Shown: positions 37,972 to 47,282, counted from the first letter of the stretch. The stretch: DNA of 64,000 nt from Actinomycetes bacterium (GCA_024639145.1 JAHEIZ010000005.1:4717-68716), one strand, 5' to 3'. The notes: generated by a model from the letters alone, not told the origin. Program-made: numbers and translations.

Positions 37972-38484
37972 ATGGCTGAGCCCAGGGGACGCACCGCACT
38001 GCGGGGCTCTATCCCCAAGGGGGCCCGAGGCACCGCACGCCCGAGGCCGGAGTTCGCCGAACCCGAGGTGGTGCGCGATCCCACGGCGCCCAGGCGAGTG
38101 GTTGATCACGTCCTGGCCCGCCAGCGGGCGCTGTATTCCCTGTTCAACGGCGGTGCCCTGAGCTCGGAGTTCTGCGATGCCGACCTGTACCTCCTGCGAG
38201 CAGCCAAGAATCATGGTGAACCGGCGCCCGGCCCCTGCCCCGTCTGCAAGAACCCGGAATTCGTGCACGTCACCTATGTCTACGGCGATGAGCTCGGTCC
38301 GTACTCGGGGCGCATTCGTGCAACCGACGAACTTGCTCCGATGGCCACGAAATTCGGTTCCTTCAACGTCTACGTGGTCGAGGTGTGCGGGCGATGCAAC
38401 TGGAACTACCTCGTCACCACATACGTGCTCGGTGACGGCGTGCCGCGCAAGGCGCTGCCGACCCCGCGTGATCTCCTTGACTAG
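37972..38484 (+). CDS. DUF5318-like protein (Rv0049-position)
   Basis: Has Cys pairs CPVC and CGRC. Contains YVYGDELGPYSGRIRATDEL...FNVYVVEVCGRCNWNYL. ATG follows AAGGTG. Confidence 0.65.
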   Translation: MAEPRGRTALRGSIPKGARGTARPRPEFAEPEVVRDPTAPRRVVDHVLARQRALYSLFNGGALSSEFCDADLYLLRAAKNHGEPAPGPCPVCKNPEFVHVTYVYGDELGPYSGRIRATDELAPMATKFGSFNVYVVEVCGRCNWNYLVTTYVLGDGVPRKALPTPRDLLD

Positions 38485-38532
38485 CTGACCTAGTCAGCCA
38501 CTTCCCCATTGCCAGAAATACAGAGGATGCCC

Positions 38533-40680
38533 GTGAGCCAGCAGAAGCCGGCGAAGAAAAGCGCGAATCCGCGCACCGCCAGCGCAGCACCCAAGCGTCA
38601 CTGGATCCGCAACACGATCCTCGTCGCCCTTGGCCTGATGGTCGTCGGCGTCCTGGGCTTCATCGCCCTTGTCTTCCTCACACCGGTACCGACACCCAAT
38701 GAACTCGCGACCAGCCAGGCGACCATCGTCTACTGGAATGACGGAGAGACCGAGCTCGGCCGACTCGGTGACTCCACTCGACGAAGTGTGGCGCTGTCCG
38801 AGATCCCCGAGAGCACGCAGAAGGCAGTGCTGGCCGCAGAGGATCGCACCTTCTATGAGCACGGCGGCATCTCGCCGATGGGCCTCGGTCGTGCAGTTCT
38901 CAATAACCTCACGGGCGGTTCCACGCAGGGCGGATCCACGATCACGCAGCAGTACGCGAAGAACGCCTTCCTCACTCAAGAGCGCGCGATCTCGCGCAAG
39001 GTGAAGGAAGCCGTACTGGCCTTCAAGCTCGAGACGGTCGTGTCGAAGGACAAGATCCTCGAGGACTACCTCAACACCATCTACTTCGGCAGGGGCGCCT
39101 ACGGAATCGATGCCGCAGCGCGTGCCTACTTCGGCGTGCCAGCAGCGCAGCTCACGCTCGCGCAGAGCGCGACTTTGGCCTCCATCATCAAGTCGCCGGG
39201 CGGACTCGCGCCGGAGGAGAACCTCTCGGGGCTAAAGGCACGCTGGAAGTACGTGCTCGACGGCATGGTGCAGCAGGGCTGGATCACCGAGGCCGAGGCG
39301 AGTGACGCGACCTTCCCCGAGATCGTCAAGGTGAAAGCAACCAACCGATTGGGCGGACAGACGGGTTACCTGCTCACTGCAGTCACTGATCAACTGCGCG
39401 CAATCGGATTCTCCGATGCAGAGATCCAGAGCGGCGGCCTGCGCATCACGTCGACATTCAGCCAGGTCGCCGAGAAGGCGGCAGTCAAGGCAGTGAAGAA
39501 GGCCGGACCGCAGTCCAATACCGACGGCCTGCGCATCGGCCTCGCGGCAGTGCAACCGGGCACTGGCGAGGTCGTCGCGATGTACGGCGGACGCGACTAC
39601 ATCGCTGACCAGATCAACAATGCCACCCAGCAGTTCGCGCAAGCCGGCTCGACGTTCAAGCCGTTCGCGCTTGCAGCCGCTGTCGATCAACAGGTCTCGC
39701 TGTACTCGAGCTACGACGGCGCATCGCCGCAGACAATCAAGGGCTACACGCTGACCAACTACGGCGACAAGTCCTACGGCTGGATCAGCCTGCTCACCGC
39801 GACCGAGCACAGCGTGAACACGGCCTACGTCAACCTCGAGGATCAAATCGGAGTCGACGCCGTTGCCGATGCGGCACTCCGCGCAGGCATCCCCGCGGAG
39901 ACTCCGGGCATGAACCTCGACAATCTCGATCTCACCTTCGTCCTCGGCACAGCGTCACCCTCAGGCCTGAACGTCGCGAATGCCTACGCCACGTTCGCGG
40001 CGAGTGGCATTCGCGCAACCCCGACCGTCGTCAAGAAGGTCATGGGCAGCAATGGCGGAGTGCTGTACGAGTACTCCCCCGATCTCACCTCACAGTTCAA
40101 CGCGGATACGGCGAACACCGTCTCCTACGCACTGTCAAAAGTCGTGACAAACGGAACCGCATTCGCGGCGCAGGCACTCGGACGCCCCGCAGCAGCGAAG
40201 ACCGGCACCACTGACGGCAACAAGAGTGCCTGGTTCGCGGGCTATACCCCGCAGCTCGCCACCGCAGTGCTCATGGCAAAGGAGGTCGACGGAGTGCCGG
40301 TGTCGATGTCCGGCACGGGTGGTCTCGGCACTGTCACCGGCGGATCCTTCCCGGCAGCGATCTGGACGGCCTTCATGAAGGCCGCACTCGAGGGCATGCC
40401 GATCGCGGACTTCCCGGCACCCCCGACAGGTGTGCAGGTCGCCCAGAACTGCCCCGATGTCCTGCCCATGGACGGAAGCAGCATTCCCGCCGGCTGCCCG
40501 ACTCCGAATTCGTATGACTTCGAGCCCTCGGCACTTCCTTCGGGGATCGCATCGGAGGAACCGCTTCCGGTGGACAGCGCACCTGCTGTGCCCGTCGATC
40601 CTGCGGCGACTCCCGAACCGGCCCCCACCGTGACAGAGCCGCCGGCACCGCCGGGCATCGACGGCGCACCTGCGCACTAG
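38533..40680 (+). CDS. ponA: bifunctional class A penicillin-binding protein (transglycosylase/transpeptidase)
   Basis: GT51 motifs AEDRTFYEHGGI and GGSTITQQYAKN. Transpeptidase motifs STFKP and KTGTT. Pro-rich C-terminus. The start is GTG 38533 (5 nt after GAGGA), or alternatively ATG 38527 or TTG 38509. Confidence 0.9.
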   Translation: MSQQKPAKKSANPRTASAAPKRHWIRNTILVALGLMVVGVLGFIALVFLTPVPTPNELATSQATIVYWNDGETELGRLGDSTRRSVALSEIPESTQKAVLAAEDRTFYEHGGISPMGLGRAVLNNLTGGSTQGGSTITQQYAKNAFLTQERAISRKVKEAVLAFKLETVVSKDKILEDYLNTIYFGRGAYGIDAAARAYFGVPAAQLTLAQSATLASIIKSPGGLAPEENLSGLKARWKYVLDGMVQQGWITEAEASDATFPEIVKVKATNRLGGQTGYLLTAVTDQLRAIGFSDAEIQSGGLRITSTFSQVAEKAAVKAVKKAGPQSNTDGLRIGLAAVQPGTGEVVAMYGGRDYIADQINNATQQFAQAGSTFKPFALAAAVDQQVSLYSSYDGASPQTIKGYTLTNYGDKSYGWISLLTATEHSVNTAYVNLEDQIGVDAVADAALRAGIPAETPGMNLDNLDLTFVLGTASPSGLNVANAYATFAASGIRATPTVVKKVMGSNGGVLYEYSPDLTSQFNADTANTVSYALSKVVTNGTAFAAQALGRPAAAKTGTTDGNKSAWFAGYTPQLATAVLMAKEVDGVPVSMSGTGGLGTVTGGSFPAAIWTAFMKAALEGMPIADFPAPPTGVQVAQNCPDVLPMDGSSIPAGCPTPNSYDFEPSALPSGIASEEPLPVDSAPAVPVDPAATPEPAPTVTEPPAPPGIDGAPAH

Positions 40681-40690
40681 TGCGAGGTTC

Positions 40691-42130
40691 ATGCACCGGC
40701 TCGGCCATGATGGTGCCGTGAGCCGTTCAGATTCGATGATCGTGCATCCCAGTGATGAGGATCCCGTCGCCATTGAGGGATCCGAGGCCCTGGGCGGCCC
40801 CATCGGCCGTTATGCACGCAACATCGGCTGGTGGTTGCCGGTGCGGGTCCTGATCATCATCACGGCGATGACCTATGCACTGGGGTACCTGCTCGACTTC
40901 TCGTGCCGGGCCACAGGTTGGGCGGCACCCGGACGCTATGAGCACCTCTGCTACTCCGATATTCCCCCGCTGTACTCGCTACGTGGATTCGCTGACGGTT
41001 ACCTTCCGTATTTGCAGACCCCGGTGGGTGGTCAACCGCTGGAGTACCCGGTGCTCACCGGCATCTTCATGCAGATCTCGGCCATGGTCACCAACGTGGT
41101 CACCAACATCGTGACGTCAGTTGACTCTGCACGGACCTTCTTCGATGTGAACGTCACCCTGCTGTTCATTCCTCTGGTGATCACCGTGATCGCGACCGCG
41201 ATGACCGTGCGCCGCAGGCCGTGGGACGCCCTGATGGTTGCCGCTGCACCGACGATGATCCTCGCTGCGACGATCAACTGGGATCTACTTCCGCTTGCCT
41301 TCAGCGGTGTCGCCTTCGTGCTCTGGTCGCGCAAGCATCAGTTCTCGGCCGGCCTCCTCCTCGGCCTCGCGATTGCCGCCAAGTTCTATCCACTCATCTT
41401 CCTCGCGGGCTTCCTGCTGCTGACGATTCGCACAGGCAAATGGAAGGCCTTCGGGCAGCTGATGCTGGGCACCGCGATCGCCTGGCTCGCAGTGAACATC
41501 CCGTTCATGATCGCCAACCTCGACGGCTGGTCGTACTTCTACCTCTTCAGCAAGGTACGTGGCGAGGACTTCGGCTCGCCCTGGTTCGCCATGACCCAGT
41601 GGGGTATTCACGGCGTTCCCGCCGACTACCTCAACACGGTTGCCACGGGCTCGTTCATCGTCCTCGCGGCGTCGATCGCGATCCTGGTTCTCGCAGCCAA
41701 GCGCAGGCCGCGACTGCCCCAAGTGCTCTTCCTGCTGATAGCGGCCTTCGTGCTCACCAACAAGGTGTACTCGCCGCAATACGTGCTCTGGCTCATCCCT
41801 CTCGCCGTGCTCGCCCGACCCAAGTGGCGCGACTTCCTCATCTGGCAGGTGGGTGAGCTGATCTACTTCGGGGCCATCTGGTGGTTCCTCGTGGGCTATG
41901 GAGTCAATGACGCCAAGGGACTGACGCCTCAGCTCTACGCCGCTGCGACTTTCATCCACATTGCGGCGACCATCTACTTCGCTGTGATGGTCATTCGCGA
42001 CATCGTGCAACCCGAGCATGATCCGATTCGCACGGATGGCTTCGCGGATGACACCGATGATCCTGCCGGCGGCGTCTTCGACAAGGCTCCTGATGTCTTC
42101 GTGCTTGGCGGTTCTAGCTCAGCCCGGTGA
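40691..42130 (+). CDS. polytopic membrane protein, DUF2029/glycosyltransferase family 87-like (Rv0051-position)
   Basis: 479 aa with more than 10 hydrophobic helices. Conserved position after ponA. The family assignment comes from synteny and topology. Confidence 0.65.
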   Translation: MHRLGHDGAVSRSDSMIVHPSDEDPVAIEGSEALGGPIGRYARNIGWWLPVRVLIIITAMTYALGYLLDFSCRATGWAAPGRYEHLCYSDIPPLYSLRGFADGYLPYLQTPVGGQPLEYPVLTGIFMQISAMVTNVVTNIVTSVDSARTFFDVNVTLLFIPLVITVIATAMTVRRRPWDALMVAAAPTMILAATINWDLLPLAFSGVAFVLWSRKHQFSAGLLLGLAIAAKFYPLIFLAGFLLLTIRTGKWKAFGQLMLGTAIAWLAVNIPFMIANLDGWSYFYLFSKVRGEDFGSPWFAMTQWGIHGVPADYLNTVATGSFIVLAASIAILVLAAKRRPRLPQVLFLLIAAFVLTNKVYSPQYVLWLIPLAVLARPKWRDFLIWQVGELIYFGAIWWFLVGYGVNDAKGLTPQLYAAATFIHIAATIYFAVMVIRDIVQPEHDPIRTDGFADDTDDPAGGVFDKAPDVFVLGGSSSAR

Positions 42131-43265
42131 TCGCATCGAAGTGCGAAGTCGTAAATCGCACGTCGGCACGCAGCTGATCACCGACTGTCGGAATCACCGC
42201 ACCGCGTGGCAGCCAGATCATCGATACCTGCGCATGTGGTGCCTCGGCGAACCAGCGCTGCTTGCCGTCGCAGGTGAAGGGCGACATTGCGCGACCCGCT
42301 GCATCAAGTGCGCCGGTGCCGGCAGTGACCACACGCTGCCGCACGGATGCTGCGGGAGATGGTGCAGTGAGACCGATGCCATGTGAAGTGCCGCCGGAGA
42401 CAACCACCAGAGTTCCGTCGCGCGGACCCGTGCGCTGGCGATAGCCCACGTGGGTGCCATTCGGCAGCGGATGCACGGCAAGCACGGTGCCAGTGGCCTT
42501 GAGCGAACTGCGGTCAAGCCACAGTCGCGTGCCGATGCGCGGGCGAATGGTGAGCGTGGTGCACGCGCGCACGACGGAGCCGAGTTCAGCGTCGTCGAGA
42601 TGCGATACCCATAAGGTTGCCGCCTCGGGCCCACCCAGGTGCTCAACTTCAGCCGCCCAACTTCCCGCCCAGCGCAACACCTCGCGCACGCGAGCTGTGC
42701 CTGACTCGACTCCTCGAGGGCTGATGTCGTCAGCCGGCTGAGCAATCGGGAGGTGGAGTGCGAGACCACGGAGCAGGATGCGGCCCTCGGTCAACGCGGA
42801 GCGCACGTGCGAGTCTGCGAGTGCTGCGAGAAGCTCGTCGGGGGTGAAGCCGAAGCGCTGCATCGAGGTGCGGCCTTCGAGAATCACGCGAACCGGGCCC
42901 GGGCCCTCGGCAAGTGCGAGCAGTGCCTCGGCTGAGGAGATCGTGCGAATGACGCGGTGACCGCGATCGGCGAGAAGGTGCCAGGCGTGCGCAGCTGCCG
43001 CATCGCGTACCTCGAAGGGCTGGAGCACCACGATCTCGCCCGAGAATGAATCGAGCATTTCGCCCAGTTCGAAGACCGTGCCGACCGCGAGCGTGCCGAG
43101 ATCACGACGAGCCGCCTCATCGGCAAGCAGGCGTTGGCCGAGGCCATAGCCATTGCCCTTGATGACGGGAACCACGTCTCCCGCACCGGTCGCGGCAACG
43201 GCGTCGAACACGGATGACTGGTGCGCACGCCAGCGATCGGCGTCAATGCTCAGCGTGAACGACAT
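42114..43265 (-). CDS. alanine racemase-fold PLP enzyme (paralogue, substrate unknown)
   Basis: ATG 43265 follows AGGAG. PLP-lysine context VVPVIKGNGYGLG. About 383 aa. The 3' end overlaps the convergent GT87-like gene by 17 nt. Confidence 0.7.
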   Translation of the reverse strand: MSFTLSIDADRWRAHQSSVFDAVAATGAGDVVPVIKGNGYGLGQRLLADEAARRDLGTLAVGTVFELGEMLDSFSGEIVVLQPFEVRDAAAAHAWHLLADRGHRVIRTISSAEALLALAEGPGPVRVILEGRTSMQRFGFTPDELLAALADSHVRSALTEGRILLRGLALHLPIAQPADDISPRGVESGTARVREVLRWAGSWAAEVEHLGGPEAATLWVSHLDDAELGSVVRACTTLTIRPRIGTRLWLDRSSLKATGTVLAVHPLPNGTHVGYRQRTGPRDGTLVVVSGGTSHGIGLTAPSPAASVRQRVVTAGTGALDAAGRAMSPFTCDGKQRWFAEAPHAQVSMIWLPRGAVIPTVGDQLRADVRFTTSHFDAITGLS

Positions 43266-43273
43266 CAAGTCTC

Positions 43274-44419
43274 CTAGCGACGTGACTGGTAGGCCTTGAA
43301 GGCGCGGGCCCACACCGGACGCAACGTGCGATCCCACTCTCCCACGTACTCCTGCGCGAATCCGCCGGTACCGACCTTGAACTGCACGAGCCCGTAGAGG
43401 TGATTTGCGGGATCAAGGGTGTCGGAAATCCCGCGAAGGTCGTAGATGCTGCAGCCAGCCGCATGGGCATCGCTGATCATTCGCCACTGCAGGGCGTTAG
43501 ACGGGCGCACATCGCGATCGGCCGTGGTTGATGCGCCGTACGAGTACCAGGAGTGCTCGCCGACGATGACCATCAGCGTTGCTGCAGCCACGTGCCCATC
43601 GTGTCGTGCCATGTAGAGACGAAGTCGATCGGGATCAACACCGTTGAGCTCTGTCCACATGCGCTGGAAGTACGCCAGGCCGCGCGGGGTGAAGTGATCG
43701 CGATTCGCGGTCTCGACATACACCTCGTGGAAGGCCGCGAGATCGTCATAGTCACCGCGAGTGACTTCGACGCCGGCCTTCTCGGCCTTGCGGATGTTTC
43801 GACGCCACAACTGATTGAAGCCCGCGAAGACATCGTCGAGCGTGCGATTCGCAAGGTCGATCTGGAAGACGTAACGCGGCTGCACATCGCCGAAGCCCGC
43901 TCCGTCAGAGACTTCCTGCACCCAGTCGGTGGCGCGAAGTGCATCGACAGTCGCCGCCGCGGCAGCGGAATGCCAGTCGGCCGGGATCTCGCCAATGCGC
44001 CGCGGAACACCTGGCTCCCCTGCGTGCGCCATGACCTCTTTGACCGTGTCGGCCTGCCAACGGCGAATGGCGACGGGCGGACCCATCTTGATCTGGAATG
44101 CACCCTCGGCCTTGCAGTGGGCGATGAGCGGATCGAGCCACTCGCGTAGCGGCACGGTCGGCAGGCGCTCGCGCAGCCAGTCGATGTCCGGGCCTTCAGG
44201 CAGGTACGCAAGTGAGCGTGACTTGAGCTTGGGAATCGGTCGGTAGAGCACCAGCCCTGCACCGACGAGAGTCGAGCCCTGGAACCAGCCGATCGACTGC
44301 GGGCGCCAGCCCGACTTGACCTTTCCCCACTCCGGCAGCTGCAGAAATGAGACTGAAGGTCGTGTGGCGATCCAGGCGCGGTGCTGTTCTGCGCTGATGG
44401 CGCGCACGGTCAACGTCAT
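43274..44419 (-). CDS. FemAB-family peptidoglycan bridge aminoacyltransferase
   Basis: 381 aa. Contains SFLQLPEWGKVKSGWRPQSIGW..., ...VFAGFNQLWRRNIRKAEKAGVEV and ...YSYGASTT...RPSNALQW. ATGA overlap with xthA. Confidence 0.75.
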   Translation of the reverse strand: MTLTVRAISAEQHRAWIATRPSVSFLQLPEWGKVKSGWRPQSIGWFQGSTLVGAGLVLYRPIPKLKSRSLAYLPEGPDIDWLRERLPTVPLREWLDPLIAHCKAEGAFQIKMGPPVAIRRWQADTVKEVMAHAGEPGVPRRIGEIPADWHSAAAAATVDALRATDWVQEVSDGAGFGDVQPRYVFQIDLANRTLDDVFAGFNQLWRRNIRKAEKAGVEVTRGDYDDLAAFHEVYVETANRDHFTPRGLAYFQRMWTELNGVDPDRLRLYMARHDGHVAAATLMVIVGEHSWYSYGASTTADRDVRPSNALQWRMISDAHAAGCSIYDLRGISDTLDPANHLYGLVQFKVGTGGFAQEYVGEWDRTLRPVWARAFKAYQSRR

Positions 44420-45204
44420 GGGGCAACCGTGAGATCAACGACGACAGGTGCGTGATCGGAAGCGCCCTTGCCCTTGCGCTCCTCGCGATCGATCCAGCAA
44501 TCGGTGATTGCTGCTTCGAAGAGCGCATTCGCGTAGACAAGATCGATGCGCATGCCCCATCCGCGACCGAATGCGGCCTGGCGGTAATCCCAGAAGGTGT
44601 ACGGCTCACCCTTGAGTGCACGAGGCATGTGATCGACGAGACCGATGGACTGCAGGTTGGTCAGTGCCGTGCGCTCTGCTGGGGTGACGTGCGTGGAGTT
44701 CTCGAACTTCGCGATGTCCCAGACATCGGCATCAGTCGGTGCGACATTGAAGTCGCCGATGATCGCGAGCGGAAGTGCGGGTGACGCCTTCATCTCTGCA
44801 TCGACGGTGGCCTGCAGTGCTGCGAACCACTCGAGCTTGTAGGCGTAGTGATCGTGGTCGGGTTCGCGACCGTTAGGGACGTAGACGCTCCACACGCGCA
44901 CGCCATTGCAGGTGGCGCCGATCGCACGCGGTTCGAGTGCGCCTTCGTACTCAGGTTGACCGATGAGGCCGGTCGTGACGTCGGCAAGTCCGACCTTGCT
45001 CAGCAAGGCAACGCCATTCCAGCGACCGGTGCCCCAGGTGGCGACCTCGTAGCCGAGGGCCTGGATCTCCATCAGGGGGAAGGCGGCGTCAGTGCACTTG
45101 AGCTCCTGCAGGGCCAGCACATCGGGCTGATGAAGTTCGAGCCACGCGAGCACGCGCTCGAGACGGGCGCCAATCGAGTTGACGTTCCAGGTGGCGATCC
45201 GCAC
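44416..45204 (-). CDS. xthA: exodeoxyribonuclease III
   Basis: 262 aa. Contains MRIATWNVNSIGARL, LQELK and DHAPVVVDL. Confidence 0.9.
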   Translation of the reverse strand: MRIATWNVNSIGARLERVLAWLELHQPDVLALQELKCTDAAFPLMEIQALGYEVATWGTGRWNGVALLSKVGLADVTTGLIGQPEYEGALEPRAIGATCNGVRVWSVYVPNGREPDHDHYAYKLEWFAALQATVDAEMKASPALPLAIIGDFNVAPTDADVWDIAKFENSTHVTPAERTALTNLQSIGLVDHMPRALKGEPYTFWDYRQAAFGRGWGMRIDLVYANALFEAAITDCWIDREERKGKGASDHAPVVVDLTVAP

Positions 45205-45234
45205 GTGACCAGACTATCGGCGGAGCGATACGCG

Positions 45235-45645
45235 TCAGGCGACCGCGAGGCCGACCTCGGCGCACGCCTCGATCATCCGCTGGTCGCGGGTGACGACGAG
45301 ATCAGCGCGCATGATGAGTGCGGTGGCGACATGAATGGCATCGAGGGTGCCGAGTTGCCGGCCGGGGATCTCCGCCGCCACCTGCAGGGTGAAGTCGTCG
45401 ATGGCGACAAGGTCGACGTCCTCGAGCACCTTGGCGACGGCTTCGTCGAGATCCTCCTGAGCGGCCTCGGGAGGTAAGTTCCGATCGATGCCGCGAGTGA
45501 CCTCGACTAAGGCCAGTTTGGAACTGAGCAAGAAATCGCCGCCGAGGGTCAATCGCTCGAGTTCGCGGCTGCAGGTTTCGCTGTCAGGCTCTTCGCGATA
45601 ACGCTTGAGCAGAACGCTCGAGTCGCAGTAGATGCGCCGATTCAT
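45235..45645 (-). CDS. vapC: type II toxin, PIN-domain VapC
   Basis: 136 aa. Acidic PIN residues in the contexts CDSSV, LVEV, LDAIH and TRD. ATGA overlap with the upstream antitoxin. Confidence 0.8.
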   Translation of the reverse strand: MNRRIYCDSSVLLKRYREEPDSETCSRELERLTLGGDFLLSSKLALVEVTRGIDRNLPPEAAQEDLDEAVAKVLEDVDLVAIDDFTLQVAAEIPGRQLGTLDAIHVATALIMRADLVVTRDQRMIEACAEVGLAVA

Positions 45646-45914
45646 CGATCCCCGCGCATCTCGCGGATCATCTCGGTGCTGTCCATGCTCCCTGGGGGCG
45701 GAGTGAAGCGCTCGGAGCGTGGGATGTGCCGATAAGGCCGTTTCGCCGGGGTCACGAGGTGGCGAACCTCCGGTGGGTAATGGCGTAGCTTGAAGTCGCG
45801 GACGTAGAGCTCGATTGCCTCACGAATTGCCTGCTGTTGGGATTTACCCAGTTCGGAAGCCACCTGCCGAAGCTGCTCGGCAAGCTCCTCGCTCATGCGC
45901 ACGTTGACAGCCAT
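45642..45914 (-). CDS. vapB: type II antitoxin, ribbon-helix-helix (CopG/VapB-like)
   Basis: 90 aa. N-terminal RHH MAVNVRMSEELAEQLRQVASELGKSQQQAIREAIELYV. Confidence 0.75.
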   Translation of the reverse strand: MAVNVRMSEELAEQLRQVASELGKSQQQAIREAIELYVRDFKLRHYPPEVRHLVTPAKRPYRHIPRSERFTPPPGSMDSTEMIREMRGDR

Positions 45915-45921
45915 GTCATAA

Positions 45922-45940
45922 CGGTACCGCTATCGGTACC
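45922..45940. promoter_or_regulatory. paired GGTACC palindromes immediately upstream of vapB (candidate operator)
   Basis: CGGTACCGctatCGGTACC, with hexamers at 45923..45928 and 45935..45940 (12 bp centre to centre), 8 nt from the vapB ATG. Confidence 0.35.
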
Positions 45941-46131
45941 ACACAGTCGAGAGTGTCGTCATCCCCGCACCCTGAAGCCTCGGGCTTCAACGGGACAGGC
46001 CCGGACCCTGGCCTGGGGATACAGGTACGAGGTGTGGACAAGCGGATTTCCCCTGCCCCCACTGGGGCGGGTAACGTTGCCACCCTGCCAACTGGCCCGA
46101 GTGGGTTTCGGTCCGACCGGCAGAACGCAGA

Positions 46132-46178
46132 AACCCTCCTGTCACGGAAATGCCGTGACCGATTTAGTCCGAAGGAGG
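46132..46178 (+). promoter_or_regulatory. structured 5' leader of rpsF operon (candidate S6:S18 autoregulatory element)
   Basis: Perfect hairpin GTCACGG-aaatg-CCGTGAC at 46141..46159. It is flanked by CCTCCT (46135..46140), which is complementary to the rpsF SD AGGAGG (46173..46178). Confidence 0.35.
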
Positions 46179-46188
46179 TGGGTTGTCT

Positions 46189-46479
46189 ATGCGTCACTAC
46201 GAAGTCCTGATCATCCTTGATCCTGATCTCGAAGAGAAGACCGTTGCCCCCAGCCTTGAGGCGTTCTTGAACGTCGTCAAGAAGGATGGCGGAACTGTCA
46301 ACAAGGTCGATGTCTGGGGCAAGCGCCGTCTTGCTTACGAGATCAACCACAAGTCCGAGGGCATCTACGCACTCCTCGACATGCTCGCCACCAAGGAAGC
46401 AGTCGCAGAGCTCGATCGCCAGCTCGGCCTTAACGAGGCAGTCATGCGCACGAAGGTCACCCTGGCAGGCAAGAACTAA
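46189..46479 (+). CDS. rpsF: 30S ribosomal protein S6
   Basis: [19 protein letters not shown].... ATG 46189 is downstream of GAAGGAGG. Confidence 0.95.
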   Translation: MRHYEVLIILDPDLEEKTVAPSLEAFLNVVKKDGGTVNKVDVWGKRRLAYEINHKSEGIYALLDMLATKEAVAELDRQLGLNEAVMRTKVTLAGKN

Positions 46480-46958
46480 TGGCCGCCGGCGACATTGCAG
46501 TGACGGTTGTTGGCAATCTGACCAACGATCCGGAGTTGCGCTTCACCCCCAGCGGTGCAGCGGTCGCCTCGTTCACCGTCGCTTCAAGCTCACGCGTCCT
46601 CGATAAGACGACGAATGAGTGGAAGGACGGCGAGACGGTCTTCATGCGCTGCAGCGTGTGGCGTCAGTACGCCGAGAATGTTGCCGAGTCGCTCACCAAG
46701 GGCACTCGCGTCATCGTTTCCGGTCGGCTGAAGCAGCGCTCGTACGAGACTCGCGAGGGCGAGAAGCGCCAGGTGATGGAGCTCGAGGTCGACGATGTCG
46801 GCCCCGCACTTCGTTACGCGACCGCCAAGGTCACGCGCACTCAGAGCCAGGGCGGCGGCTTCGGCGGCGGCAATGGCGGCGGTGGCGGAGCGTCAGCACC
46901 GGCCGATGATCCGTGGGCCTCAAGCCCCGGCGCCGGCTTCGACGAGCCCCCCTTCTAA
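46479..46958 (+). CDS. ssb: single-stranded DNA-binding protein
   Basis: OB fold [29 protein letters not shown], Gly-rich linker, C-terminal DEPPF tip. TAATG overlap with rpsF. Confidence 0.95.
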   Translation: MAAGDIAVTVVGNLTNDPELRFTPSGAAVASFTVASSSRVLDKTTNEWKDGETVFMRCSVWRQYAENVAESLTKGTRVIVSGRLKQRSYETREGEKRQVMELEVDDVGPALRYATAKVTRTQSQGGGFGGGNGGGGGASAPADDPWASSPGAGFDEPPF

Positions 46959-46991
46959 CCCACTCTTTTCACAGACATCAGGAGAAATCAG

Positions 46992-47270
46992 ATGGCACCC
47001 CGAGAGAACAGCAAGCGTGGGCCCAAGCCCACGGACAAGATGCCGAACCCGCGCGCATGCCCCTTCTGCCGCGAGAAGTCCAAGAACCCCGATGCCAAGG
47101 GCATCGACTACAAGGACGTCAACCTGCTCCGCAAGTTCATCTCCGACCGCGGGAAGATCCGCGCACGTCGCGTGACGGGCAACTGCACCCAGCATCAGCG
47201 CGATGTTGCGATGGCAGTGAAGAACGCCCGTGAGATGGCCCTGCTTCCCTACACCTCGACCGCACGCTAA
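46992..47270 (+). CDS. rpsR: 30S ribosomal protein S18 (Cys-containing form)
   Basis: Contains ...CPFCREKS...[53 protein letters not shown] follows AGGAGAA. Confidence 0.95.
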   Translation: MAPRENSKRGPKPTDKMPNPRACPFCREKSKNPDAKGIDYKDVNLLRKFISDRGKIRARRVTGNCTQHQRDVAMAVKNAREMALLPYTSTAR

Positions 47271-47282
47271 GGAGTCTGACTA

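Noticed and set aside
45916-46350. 144-aa minus-strand ORF and 127-aa plus-strand ORF in the vapB-rpsF spacer
   Set aside because: Both overlap the rpsF leader or coding region and have no SD or motifs. The region is better explained as promoter/leader DNA containing a DnaA box and a hairpin.
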